Positions 33,590 through 43,862 are shown, counted from the first letter of the stretch. The stretch is DNA of 64,000 bases from an uncultured Flavobacteriaceae bacterium (GCA_963744855.1 CAVUUZ010000001.1:65179-129178); one strand, 5' to 3'. The notes: generated by a model not told the origin, from the letters alone. Made by a program: numbers and translations.

Positions 33590-34072
33590 ATGATAGCAAC
33601 GTTTAGTGAATTACCCGAATCGGCCAGAATATGGATCTATCAATCCAATAGAAATTTTACCGAGGATGAATTAAAGGAGATCAAAGAGGCGCTTACGCAG
33701 TTCCTTACACAGTGGACGGCTCATGGGGCGGCGCTACAGGCGGCATTTGAGCTTCGCTATAACCGTTTTATTGTCATAGGATTAGATCAATCAAATGCCT
33801 CGGCTTCGGGTTGTTCTATAGACGCCTCTGTGCACTTCATCCAGGGCCTTGAAAAGAAATATGGGGTAACGCTTATGGATAGAATGAATGTTTCATTTAA
33901 GCAAGGGGACTATATTACGTATAAGTCCATGGCCGATTTTAAGAAAATGGCGAAGGCGAAGGCAATTTCGAAGAACACCATCGTTTTTAATAATCTTGTG
34001 GCCAATAAGCAGGAATATTTGGAACATTGGGAGGTACCTGCTTCCGAGAGTTGGCATGGGAGGTTTATGTAG
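33590..34072 (+). CDS. Conserved Bacteroidota hypothetical protein (often mis-named 'ABC transporter ATPase')
   Basis: RIWIYQ, WTAHG, ASGCSIDAS, DRMNV, SWH; no Walker A motif. Confidence 0.75.
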   Translation: MIATFSELPESARIWIYQSNRNFTEDELKEIKEALTQFLTQWTAHGAALQAAFELRYNRFIVIGLDQSNASASGCSIDASVHFIQGLEKKYGVTLMDRMNVSFKQGDYITYKSMADFKKMAKAKAISKNTIVFNNLVANKQEYLEHWEVPASESWHGRFM

Positions 34073-34159
34073 ACTAGTTACCATAAGAACAGCATGTTAT
34101 CTACCTATTTGCGCAATATTTCTACGGTAATTCAGTTACAATCAATGATTAAAATGTCT

Positions 34160-37075
34160 ATGCTTAAAAAAGCTACCCTTTTTTTATTACCACTTTTCTT
34201 TTCTTTTAGTGCCTTCGCTCAACTACATCCCTTACAAACCACGGACAGTCTTGAGCAGCAAGAATGGATCGATGCTGCTTACCGGAATATGAGTCTGGAG
34301 GAAAAAATAGGGCAGCTGTTTATGGTCCTTGTCGCTTCAGATCAAAATAAGTCGGCCACGGATGAGATCAAAACACTGATTGAGGAGGAGCATTTAGGTG
34401 GGATAATCTTTTCTACCGGAGGTCCGTTAAGACAAGCAAAACTTACGAATGAATATCAGGCAGTATCAAAAATTCCTCTGCTTATAGGGATGGATGCGGA
34501 ATGGGGACTCGCGATGCGGTTAGATTCCACCTTTGCCTATCCATGGAACATGACCCTGGGTGCCATTCAGGATTCTAGCATTATTGAAAAAGTAGGCTAT
34601 AGAATTGGGATGCATGCAAAAAGATTGGGAGTTCACATTAATTTTGCTCCGGATGTTGACATCAATATCAATCCTAGGAATCCAATCATAGGCAACAGAT
34701 CCTTTGGAGAGGACAGGGTGAATGTAGCGCAAAAAGGAGTGGCTTTTGTGCGTGGTATGAACAGGGCCGGAATTTTGAGCAGTAGCAAACATTTTCCGGG
34801 TCATGGAGATACTGCTTCAGATTCGCACAAGGAACTTCCTGTAATTCCTTTTGAAAGAGACAGGTTAGATAGTATTGAATTGTACCCCTATAAGCGTTTA
34901 ATAAAGGAGGGGGTTTCAAGTGTAATGGTTGCGCATCTGAATGTTCCGGCTATGGAACCGGATTCAACAAGGCCATCCTCCCTTTCAAAAAATATCATCA
35001 CCGGCGTACTAAAAAAAGAATTGGGTTTTAAAGGACTGGTTTTTACCGATGCCTTGAATATGAGTGGAGTAGCCAATTTTGCCGGGAATGGCGGCAGTGA
35101 GTTAGAAGCTTTCCTTGCAGGGAATGATATACTATTGATGCCTAAAGATCTGAAAGCTGCCAGAACCGCTGTGCGGACAGCGTATGACAAAGGAATCATC
35201 TCAGAAGGGCGCTTGTCTGCCTCGGTGAAGAAGATCCTTATGGCCAAGTATAAAGCCGGGCTAAATAAGTATCAACCAATTGAGGTGGCGGGTCTTTATG
35301 AAGATCTAAATGCCACTGAAGATGCCCTGTTAAACGAAGAGGCCATTGAGAATGCCATTACGGTAGTGCGAAATGAGGTAGATCTGTTACCTGTCAAGAA
35401 TCTGGAAAATAAAAAAATTGCCTACGTAGCCATGGGGGATGTTTCCGGGGAACCCTTTTACAAGGCTCTGAAAAATTATACAGAAGTGGTGCAGGTAGAA
35501 GGCAAGGATATTAGCAGCCTGAAAAAGAACCTATCCGATTTTAACGTAGTCATTGTGGGCTACCATAAAAGTAATGACAGTCCCTGGAAAGCCTATAAGT
35601 TTTCGGAAAAGGAAATGTATTGGTTGAACGAACTAGCCAGAGAGAGAACTTCTAATTTGATCTTAGCCGTTTTTGCCAAGCCCTATGCGCTGTTAGATCT
35701 TGTTAATTTTGAGGGGTTAGACGGACTGGTTGTTGGATATCAGAATAGTGAGATCGCTCAGGAGAAAACGGCAGAAGTGATTTTTGGCGCCATTGAGGCC
35801 AAAGGCAAATTGCCCGTGTCGCTGGGGAACCAGTATCCTGCAGGCTATGGGGTCTTAGAAAAATCGATTGGCCGGTTGGGCTATAGCATTCCGGAAAGAG
35901 TAGGGATCGACGGTCAAAGATTGGCACTGGTAGATACGCTGGTTCAAAACGGACTCGATTCATTGATGTTTCCCGGGGCTCAGGTGCTGGTGGCCAGAAA
36001 AGGGAAGGTGATCTACCAGAAGAATTTTGGAAAGCCTACCTATGATTCAAAAGATTCTATTTCCTCGGATCATTTATACGACCTGGCTTCTCTTACCAAA
36101 ATACTGGCTACGCTGCCCGTGATCATGACCATGGAAGAGGAGGGAAAGCTTTCATTGAATAATACTTTTGGAGAATTGATTCCGGCATACGATACAACGG
36201 ATTTAAAAAATGTAACGGTTTTAAAGGCTTTAAGCCATTATGGACGTTTGCCATCATGGATTGCGTTCTATTTGGCAACGCTGGATAAAAACAGAAAACC
36301 GTCCAAAGAATTTTATCGCTCCAGACCAGATGATGGGTTCAGTATTCGGGTCACTAATAATCTGTATCTCACGGACGCTTATCAGGATTCTATTTACAAT
36401 CGGATCGGAAGGCAGTCGTTAAAGTCGAATCGCTACCGGTACAGCGATGTGGCGTATTACGTAATGAAGAAATACATTGAAGACACCTATGATCAACCAC
36501 TGGACATCCTGGCTAATGGCAGGCTCTACGGTCCTTTAGGAGTAAATAACACTCGTTTTAAGCCGTTGGAATTTTTTAAAAAAGAGCGTATTGTACCATC
36601 GGAAATTGACAATTATTATCGGTATCAGACGGTTCAGGGTTATGTTCATGATATGGGGGCGGCCATGCAGGGTGGCGTAGGGGGGCATGCAGGATTGTTT
36701 AGCAATGCGAATGACGTGGCCAAAATCATGCAGATGTATTTACAGGGTGGGTATTATGGAGGCGATCGTTTTTTGGAATCACGAACCATAGAAAAATTCA
36801 ATAAATGCTACTTCTGTAACAATGATGTAAGAAGGGGAGTAGGTTTTGACAAGCCTCAGTTGGAAGAGCACGGACCAACCTGTGGATGTGTCTCCAGAAA
36901 AAGCTTTGGTCACAGTGGTTTTACGGGAACCTATACCTGGGCAGATCCTGAAAAGGAGTTGGTATATGTCTTTTTGTCGAATCGCACATATCCAACTGCG
37001 TCTAATAATCTATTGATCAAATCAGAATTGAGAACTCGTATACAGCAGGCGATTTATGATTCTATTATCAATTAG
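34160..37075 (+). CDS. GH3 beta-N-acetylglucosaminidase fused to a beta-lactamase-family serine hydrolase
   Basis: DAEWG, KHFPGHGDT..DSH (NagZ motif), TDAL.M; C-terminal ASLTK (SxxK), YSD, GHSGFTG. Start could be 34145, 34154 or 34160. Confidence 0.92.
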   Translation: MLKKATLFLLPLFFSFSAFAQLHPLQTTDSLEQQEWIDAAYRNMSLEEKIGQLFMVLVASDQNKSATDEIKTLIEEEHLGGIIFSTGGPLRQAKLTNEYQAVSKIPLLIGMDAEWGLAMRLDSTFAYPWNMTLGAIQDSSIIEKVGYRIGMHAKRLGVHINFAPDVDININPRNPIIGNRSFGEDRVNVAQKGVAFVRGMNRAGILSSSKHFPGHGDTASDSHKELPVIPFERDRLDSIELYPYKRLIKEGVSSVMVAHLNVPAMEPDSTRPSSLSKNIITGVLKKELGFKGLVFTDALNMSGVANFAGNGGSELEAFLAGNDILLMPKDLKAARTAVRTAYDKGIISEGRLSASVKKILMAKYKAGLNKYQPIEVAGLYEDLNATEDALLNEEAIENAITVVRNEVDLLPVKNLENKKIAYVAMGDVSGEPFYKALKNYTEVVQVEGKDISSLKKNLSDFNVVIVGYHKSNDSPWKAYKFSEKEMYWLNELARERTSNLILAVFAKPYALLDLVNFEGLDGLVVGYQNSEIAQEKTAEVIFGAIEAKGKLPVSLGNQYPAGYGVLEKSIGRLGYSIPERVGIDGQRLALVDTLVQNGLDSLMFPGAQVLVARKGKVIYQKNFGKPTYDSKDSISSDHLYDLASLTKILATLPVIMTMEEEGKLSLNNTFGELIPAYDTTDLKNVTVLKALSHYGRLPSWIAFYLATLDKNRKPSKEFYRSRPDDGFSIRVTNNLYLTDAYQDSIYNRIGRQSLKSNRYRYSDVAYYVMKKYIEDTYDQPLDILANGRLYGPLGVNNTRFKPLEFFKKERIVPSEIDNYYRYQTVQGYVHDMGAAMQGGVGGHAGLFSNANDVAKIMQMYLQGGYYGGDRFLESRTIEKFNKCYFCNNDVRRGVGFDKPQLEEHGPTCGCVSRKSFGHSGFTGTYTWADPEKELVYVFLSNRTYPTASNNLLIKSELRTRIQQAIYDSIIN

Positions 37076-37104
37076 AAAAAGAATTAAACCGTAATTTTAG
37101 CGCT

Positions 37105-38250
37105 ATGAAGATCGCTATTGTATGTTATCCTACTTTTGGTGGGAGCGGGGTAGTGGCTACCGAGCTGGGGATTGCGCTGGCAAATCGGGGTCACGAGATC
37201 CATTTTGTTACGTATAGACAACCGGTTCGTTTAGAATTACTGGGGAACAACATACATTTCCATGAGGTGCATGTACCTGAGTATCCCTTGTTCCATTATC
37301 AGCCTTATGAACTTGCTTTAAGCAGTAAGTTGGTGGATACTATAAAACTTTATGGAATAGAACTCTTACATGTACACTATGCCATCCCTCACGCCTATGC
37401 CGGGTATATGGCAAAAAAGATATTGGAAGAAGACGGGATCTATATTCCCATGATCACCACCTTGCACGGCACGGATATTACCCTGGTTGGGAACCATCCA
37501 TTTTACAAGCCCGCAGTTACCTTCAGTATCAATAAATCAGAGGTGGTTACCAGTGTATCGGCCGACCTTAGGGAAAAGACACTCGATTTTTTTGAAATTG
37601 AGAAAGAAATCGAAGTGATCCCGAATTTCATTGATAAAAGGAAATATAATTCAGAATTCACGGATTGTCAACGAACGTTGATGGCCGGAGAAAATGAAAA
37701 GATCATCACTCATATCAGTAATTTCAGGGCTGTAAAGCACATTCCCGATGTTATTAAGGTATTTTATGGCATTCAGAAGGAGGTCCCTGCAAAATTGATC
37801 ATGGTAGGAGAGGGGCCCGAAAAGGAAAAAGCTGAGTTGTTATGTGAAGAATTGGGCATCATGAACAAGGTAATGTTCCTGGGCCAGAGTTCAGAAATAG
37901 ACCGCATACTGTGCTTTTCTGACTTGTTCTTATTGCCTTCAAAATCGGAGAGTTTTGGGTTGGCGGCATTGGAAGCGATGATCAATAAGGTGCCTGTGAT
38001 CTCGAGTAATACAGGAGGTATCCCGGAGGTAAACATTCAGGGCGTCACCGGATTTTTAAGCGATGTGGGAGACGTAGATGACATGATCAAGAACGCTTTG
38101 TACATTTTAAAAGATCCTAAAACCCTTGAGACCTTTAAAAAGAATGCCTATAAAGAGGCCCTGAAGTTCGACCTTCAGAATATCATGCCCTTGTATGAAA
38201 GCCTTTATGAGCATGCGTATAGGGATCACTATAAGAGTGTTTTAAGGTAG
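37105..38250 (+). CDS. bshA: N-acetyl-alpha-D-glucosaminyl L-malate synthase
   Basis: CYPTFGGSGVVATELG, HVHYAIPHA, TTLHGTDITLVG, SNFR.VK, ESFGLAALEAM. Confidence 0.93.
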   Translation: MKIAIVCYPTFGGSGVVATELGIALANRGHEIHFVTYRQPVRLELLGNNIHFHEVHVPEYPLFHYQPYELALSSKLVDTIKLYGIELLHVHYAIPHAYAGYMAKKILEEDGIYIPMITTLHGTDITLVGNHPFYKPAVTFSINKSEVVTSVSADLREKTLDFFEIEKEIEVIPNFIDKRKYNSEFTDCQRTLMAGENEKIITHISNFRAVKHIPDVIKVFYGIQKEVPAKLIMVGEGPEKEKAELLCEELGIMNKVMFLGQSSEIDRILCFSDLFLLPSKSESFGLAALEAMINKVPVISSNTGGIPEVNIQGVTGFLSDVGDVDDMIKNALYILKDPKTLETFKKNAYKEALKFDLQNIMPLYESLYEHAYRDHYKSVLR

Positions 38251-38334
38251 GCGAATAATATTCTTTAAAAAACGTTTTCACCGTTTTCCTATTTTTTAAT
38301 TGGACTTAAGTACGAATATTCATTACTATACAGG

Positions 38335-38455
38335 CACTTCATCGTTTATATAAATCCACTTATCGACCATACTTTTGGTTGATCATTTGTGTCTCCAACA
38401 ACTTTCAGGAGAAATTGCTTCATATCGATTTTTCAGGTAGATAGATGTCATATTT
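38335..38455 (+). promoter_or_regulatory. Candidate regulator direct repeats (LytTR-like spacing) upstream of OmpA
   Basis: CACTTCATCG (38335) and CACTTATCG (38357) with ATCG cores exactly 21 bp apart; further ATCG at 38424. Confidence 0.35.
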
Positions 38456-38515
38456 TATCATTTCCTTTTACCCGGTTGTAACTTTACACCTACGAGAACC
38501 CAAATTCTTACTAGT

Positions 38516-39709
38516 ATGAAACTATCTAACCTGGCTTTTATAGCAATACTCCTGATTGGCTGTTTCGGCCTTTATTCTCAGGATACTATCGTACTCACTT
38601 CCAAAGATAGTTTGGTCCAAAGCTCATGGATGGTAGGTGTTGGATGGAACTTTATTGATGATTCCGGGGACGCATTCAACGACTTTACGACCATCAGAGA
38701 TCAATGGAATGGGGTAGCTTTTCCTTCCAGAATAAGTTTGGGAAGGTATTTTAAGAGTGGATTAGGCTTGGAAGCCATTGCCTCCTATAACCGTTACAAA
38801 CGAGGAAATATTATTGACGGTGTAATCCTTCCTGAATTCAAGAATTACTTTTCTATTGATTCCAGGCTAAGCTATGATTTGAACAAACTTGTTGGTCAAA
38901 CCGCATGGTTCGATCCCTATGTAGGTGTGGGAATAGGATACGCAGATGCTAATGACGTTCCAAGAGGCACCTACAATGCTATTATTGGCTTCAGAACATG
39001 GTTCTCTGATCGCTGGGGGCTCGACTTCAGTTCCAGCGGAAAATGGTCCTTTGGCAATGAGGCCAGTAATCATATACAACATGCAGTTGGGGTAGTGTAT
39101 CAATTCAATATTAAGAAAGGTCTTACCAAAAAAGGGGAGGAGAAGGTTGCTTTGATAAAGGAAATGGAAAAGGAAGCACAGCGTATTCAGGATTCCTTGT
39201 CGTATGTGAAATTAATGGAAGAAGAAGCGGCAGCCGCTCTGGCTGAAAGACTCGCAAAGGAAAAGGAAGAGGCGCTATTGGCTGGGCAACAGAGAAAAAA
39301 GGATCAATCAGATATGCTGGAAATGCTTCAAAGTCAATTAGACAGCCTTGGAGCCGTGTATTTTGATTTTGACTCCTCCTACCTCAATGCACCTTCAAAG
39401 AGAACTTTAGACGCCGTTGCTGTCCTGATGGAGGGACATCCGGAGCAAACATTTGAGATCCACGCCCATACGGATTCAAGAGGTCCAAAAACCTATAACC
39501 AATGGTTGTCTGATCAACGGGCACAGCGCACCTTAGACTATCTTTTGGAAAAAGGGATAGACGCAAGTCGGTTGGAGGCCTTTGGGCATGGGGAATCACA
39601 ATTAATAAATGATTGTGAGGACGGTATAAAATGCGCAGAAGAGCAACATCAACTTAATAGGCGTTCGGAAGCCACTGTCATCAGAATAAAGACGAATGTA
39701 GCTAAATAA
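38516..39709 (+). CDS. OmpA family protein
   Basis: Signal peptide, beta-strand N-domain, charged coiled-coil linker, C-terminal YFDFDS / HTDSRG...N..LS..RA / NRR OmpA domain. Confidence 0.9.
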   Translation: MKLSNLAFIAILLIGCFGLYSQDTIVLTSKDSLVQSSWMVGVGWNFIDDSGDAFNDFTTIRDQWNGVAFPSRISLGRYFKSGLGLEAIASYNRYKRGNIIDGVILPEFKNYFSIDSRLSYDLNKLVGQTAWFDPYVGVGIGYADANDVPRGTYNAIIGFRTWFSDRWGLDFSSSGKWSFGNEASNHIQHAVGVVYQFNIKKGLTKKGEEKVALIKEMEKEAQRIQDSLSYVKLMEEEAAAALAERLAKEKEEALLAGQQRKKDQSDMLEMLQSQLDSLGAVYFDFDSSYLNAPSKRTLDAVAVLMEGHPEQTFEIHAHTDSRGPKTYNQWLSDQRAQRTLDYLLEKGIDASRLEAFGHGESQLINDCEDGIKCAEEQHQLNRRSEATVIRIKTNVAK

Positions 39710-39742
39710 GGTTTTTACGTTTTAATCCCGGGATACAAATTC

Positions 39743-40999
39743 TTAGATAATCATCCCTGCGGCAACCGTTTCATTGGTCTGATCATCAATAAGGATTATG
39801 CTCCCTGTAAATCGATTGTCCCTGTAAGAATCTATCATTAACGGTTTTGTCGTTCTAATTTTCACCTTACTGATATCATTCATCTTTAACTCCTTATCCT
39901 CTTTAATACGATCCATCGTATTGATATCGTATTTGTACATCACTTCTTTGATCATGGCCTTTTGCTCGTTGGAGGTATGCATAAGAGTATATTTGGCTCT
40001 GGGTTGTGACGGATTGTTGTGTAACCAGCATAACATCACTTCAATGTCCTGAGATGTATCAGGAGTATTATTGGATCTAACGATCATATCCCCTCTGCTT
40101 ACATCAATATCATTCTCCAGTTCCAAAGCCACAGACATGGGGGCGAAGGCCTCATCGATTTCCCCATTGGGACCCGTGATCGATTTAATGTTAGAGGAGA
40201 ATCCCGAAGGCATCACAGTAACCTTATCTCCTTTTCTATAGAATCCACTGGCAATACGGCCTGCATAGCCCCTGTAGTCAATAAATCCTTCTCGTTGGGG
40301 ACGCAATACTGTTTGCACCGGGAAACGAGCATCTACCTTGTTAAGATCGCTGCTGATGTGCATCGTTTCCAGGGTATGGAGTAGGGGAGCGTCCTGGTAC
40401 CATGGCATTTTCTCTGACCTGTTAACAACGTTATCACCTAGTAAAGCACTTATGGGAATAAACCGAATATCTTTGATTAATAGTTTTGAGGCAAATTCAG
40501 TGAACTGCTCAGCAATATCCTCAAATACCTCTTCTTTAAAATCTACAAGATCCATTTTATTTATACAAACTATGACATGAGGAATATGTAACAAGGAAGC
40601 AATAAATGCATGTCTTTTGGTTTGTTCAATAACACCGTGCCTCGCATCCACAAGAATAATAGTGGCATTAGCGGTAGAAGCACCGGTGACCATGTTACGA
40701 GTATATTGCACATGCCCGGGAGTATCGGCAATGATAAACTTGCGTTTTGGGGTGGTAAAATACCTGTAGGCAACATCAATAGTGATCCCTTGTTCTCGCT
40801 CATCCCTTAGGCCATCTGTAAAAAGGGCCAGGTCCACTCCGTTATGTCCTTTTTTTCGACTTGTATTTTCAATGGCTTCCAGTTGATCTTCAAATATTGA
40901 TTTGGAGTCATATAATAGCCTTCCGATAAGGGTGCTTTTTCCGTCATCAACGCTTCCGGCGGTGGAAAAGCGAAGTAATTCGTTCTTTTCTATTTTCAT
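39743..40999 (-). CDS. cysN: Sulfate adenylyltransferase subunit 1
   Basis: GSVDDGKSTLIGRLL, EREQGITIDVAY, DTPGH, NKMD. Confidence 0.95.
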   Translation of the reverse strand: MKIEKNELLRFSTAGSVDDGKSTLIGRLLYDSKSIFEDQLEAIENTSRKKGHNGVDLALFTDGLRDEREQGITIDVAYRYFTTPKRKFIIADTPGHVQYTRNMVTGASTANATIILVDARHGVIEQTKRHAFIASLLHIPHVIVCINKMDLVDFKEEVFEDIAEQFTEFASKLLIKDIRFIPISALLGDNVVNRSEKMPWYQDAPLLHTLETMHISSDLNKVDARFPVQTVLRPQREGFIDYRGYAGRIASGFYRKGDKVTVMPSGFSSNIKSITGPNGEIDEAFAPMSVALELENDIDVSRGDMIVRSNNTPDTSQDIEVMLCWLHNNPSQPRAKYTLMHTSNEQKAMIKEVMYKYDINTMDRIKEDKELKMNDISKVKIRTTKPLMIDSYRDNRFTGSIILIDDQTNETVAAGMII

Positions 41000-41017
41000 T
41001 TGGTTAGAATATTACTA

Positions 41018-41923
41018 TTAGAAATAGCCCATTTTTTTCCTGTCTTCCATGGCGTTTTCTGAGCGTTTATCATCTGTTCTGTTGCCCCGTTCTGTTTGTC
41101 GCATGGCTGATACTTCCTGAACTATTTTTTCCAGCGTATCTGCATCAGATTCAATTCCGCCCGTGATGGTAATATCACCCAGAGTTCTGAATCTTATTTT
41201 CCTGGTAACGACTTCTTCCCGTTCGTCCAGGATTAAATATTCTGAATTGGGGATCCAGGAATTGTTTCTCCAGACCACTTCCCGTTCATGGGCCAGATAC
41301 AGGGAAGGAATTTCTATTTGTTCGCGCTGAATGTAATTCCAAACGTCCATTTCTGTCCAGTTACTGATAGGAAAGACCCTGAAATGCTCTCCTTCAAAAT
41401 GTTTACCATTAAATAAGTTCCACAATTCGGGACGTTGGTTTTTGGGGTCCCATTGTCCAAAGTCGTCTCTATGTGAGAAGAAGCGTTCTTTGGCCCTGGC
41501 TTTTTCCTCGTCGCGTCTTCCACCGCCAATGGCGCAGTCCACTTTATTCGTCTCGATGGCATCTAGTAATGTAGTTATTTGAAGGGCGTTACGGGTGGCG
41601 CTCTTTCCTTTTTCTTCGGCAACCCGACCCTGATCGATTGATTCCTGAACGGAACCAACGATAAGTTGTACGCCAAGATCATTAATAAGCTGATCCCTGA
41701 AGGCAATGGTCTCCGGGAAGTTATGGCCTGTGTCCACGTGCATTAGGGAAAAGGGAATTTTACTGGGATAAAATGCTTTTTTCGCCAAATGAGTGACCAA
41801 AATTGAATCTTTTCCTCCCGAAAATAAGATCACAGGGTTTTGAAACTGGGCCCACACTTCTCTTAATACAAATATGGCCTCGGACTCTAATTCATCCAGG
41901 TAGCTTAAATAATATTTACTCAT
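41018..41923 (-). CDS. cysD: Sulfate adenylyltransferase subunit 2
   Basis: SGGKDS, GGGRRDEEKARAKER, WDPKNQRPELW, MEDRKK.GYF. Confidence 0.96.
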   Translation of the reverse strand: MSKYYLSYLDELESEAIFVLREVWAQFQNPVILFSGGKDSILVTHLAKKAFYPSKIPFSLMHVDTGHNFPETIAFRDQLINDLGVQLIVGSVQESIDQGRVAEEKGKSATRNALQITTLLDAIETNKVDCAIGGGRRDEEKARAKERFFSHRDDFGQWDPKNQRPELWNLFNGKHFEGEHFRVFPISNWTEMDVWNYIQREQIEIPSLYLAHEREVVWRNNSWIPNSEYLILDEREEVVTRKIRFRTLGDITITGGIESDADTLEKIVQEVSAMRQTERGNRTDDKRSENAMEDRKKMGYF

Positions 41924-42517
41924 TGGTTTTGAGTTTTAGTTTTGGTTGGATCTTCTGAAAGATCATTTCTACTGCTTCAGCCACCGTGTTTTTCTCTGTA
42001 ACTACTACATCTGGCTTGGAAGGGATTTCATAGGGTGCTGAGATCCCGGTCATATTTTTTATTTCTCCTTTTCGGGCTTTTTTATAAAGCCCTTTCACAT
42101 CGCGCGCTTCGCAAACCTCCAGGGAGGTATTTACAAATACTTCTATAAAGGTATCAACTCCAACGATATTTCGAATATGGTTTCTGTCTTTTTCATAGGG
42201 AGACACAAAGGCAGCCAGAACCACCATCCCTGCATCTACAAAGAGTTTACCAATTTCCCCTATGCGTCGGATGTTTTCTGATCGGTCTTCCGGACTAAAA
42301 CTCAGGTCCTGATTAATACCACTTCTCATATTATCACCATCGAGGGTATAGGTCTGAATATTCAAGATATGTAATTTTTGTTCCAGGGCATTGGCGATGG
42401 TCGATTTTCCTGAGCCGGATAGGCCCGTAAAGAGGATCATGAAGGACAGGTGACCATTTTTTTTGTTGCGATCAGCCTGGCGATTTTATAGGCGTGTTTT
42501 ACAATGTTCTTTCCCAT
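41916..42517 (-). CDS. cysC: Adenylyl-sulfate (APS) kinase; N-terminus displaced by a frameshift near 42478
   Basis: TGLSGSGKST, LDGDN.R, RDVKGLY, TGISAPYE. Adding one G restores MGKNIVKHAYKIARADRNKKNGHLSF-MILFTG from ATG 42517. Confidence 0.9.
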
Positions 42518-42931
42518 TATCTTCAGTTCTCTTAATTGTTCCACCCCAAAGTTTAAACGATACCAAATCCTTTCATGAAAATAGTATAAAATCATTTTAG
42601 TAAATACTTCAGCAACTCCTATTTTAAGTCCAATCAAAGGATCTCCGGATATAAACCAGGAGAGTAACACTGTATCTAAGGTGCCAATTATTCTCCAGGT
42701 TAGTGTTTTAAACAAATGCCTTTTTTTACTTTCCTTGATCCCTATATTAAACCAAACTCGCTCATGAAAATAATATAATACCATTTTTGTAATCACTTCG
42801 GCCCCACCAATTTTAAGTCCGGTGAGCGGATTCCCGGTAATGATCCAGGATAGTACAATGGTATCTAAGGTACCTACAATACGCCAGGTGATGGTCTTGG
42901 CCAAGTGTCTTTTATAGGAGGAGGTAGCCAT
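42518..42931 (-). CDS. Tandem DUF2061 membrane protein
   Basis: Two internal repeats KRHL.KT.TWRI.GTLDT...KM.LYYFHER.W; reads in frame into the CysC N-terminus, so the 3' end is uncertain. Confidence 0.8.
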
Positions 42932-43737
42932 TAAGGACTAACTAGGAAATAAGGATTTAATAGATTCTCTTTATTGTATCGTAATTCTTGTTGCGTATCC
43001 TGAGCAATTACCTTTAGTCCTACGGCATTGCATATGGCGTGGCCAGCAGCCGTATCCCATTCCATGGTGGGCGCAAAGCGGGGGTATACATCGGCCTTAC
43101 CTTCTGCTACCAGACAGAATTTTAGTGAACTTCCTTTGGAGACGATATCTACTTCTTTGTTTTCTTTCTCCAGATTAGAAATATAGTCTAATGTATCCTG
43201 ATTCATATGAGACCTGCTTCCTACTACTCTTGCCGTGGTATCTGAAAGAGAGGCAGGGAATATCCTGTCCTTTTCCAAAAACAGGTCGCCTTTTAAAGAA
43301 TGGTCTTCACCAACCAGTGTTTTAAAGGCTGCCCCTTGCTCAACATCCGCATAATAAAGTTCTCGAGAAACTGGGACATAGATAACACCTAAAACGGGAG
43401 CCCCATTTTTTATAAGGGCAATATTAACGGTAAATTCCCCATTTCGTTTGATAAATTCCTTGGTACCATCCAGGGGGTCTACCATCCAGCAGGTGTCCCA
43501 CTTTTTTCGAGCGGAATAATCGAGTTGTTTGTTCTCTTCACTGATGATTGGGTAGTCTGTTTCTTCCAGAAAGGAATTTATGACTGAGTTGGAGGCCAGA
43601 TCTGCTTCAGTTAGGGGGGATTTATCGCTTTTCAGCCGGCTTCCAATATTATCGGAATCATAAATCTTTAAAATGGCTATTCCGGCTTCGCAGGCAATAT
43701 TAGATATACGGATTAGGGTATCTTGAAAATTTTGCAT
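42931..43737 (-). CDS. cysQ: 3'(2'),5'-bisphosphate nucleotidase
   Basis: KSDKSPLTEADL, ISEE, VDPLDGTKEF, SRSH, GSSLK, EWDTAAG. Confidence 0.95.
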   Translation of the reverse strand: MQNFQDTLIRISNIACEAGIAILKIYDSDNIGSRLKSDKSPLTEADLASNSVINSFLEETDYPIISEENKQLDYSARKKWDTCWMVDPLDGTKEFIKRNGEFTVNIALIKNGAPVLGVIYVPVSRELYYADVEQGAAFKTLVGEDHSLKGDLFLEKDRIFPASLSDTTARVVGSRSHMNQDTLDYISNLEKENKEVDIVSKGSSLKFCLVAEGKADVYPRFAPTMEWDTAAGHAICNAVGLKVIAQDTQQELRYNKENLLNPYFLVSP

Positions 43738-43862
43738 GACCAATAAAAATTATTGTGAAACCTTAAAAATAGAATGTAAATTACTATTACTAAGAAAGTA
43801 AACTAAGTTATGGAAACCTAATTTAATGCGATATTATATCCCCAGGAGCATGCAGCACACGG

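Noticed and set aside
35880-37075. Beta-lactam resistance gene
   Set aside because: It is the C-terminal serine-hydrolase domain of the common Bacteroidota GH3 fusion, probably used in peptidoglycan recycling.
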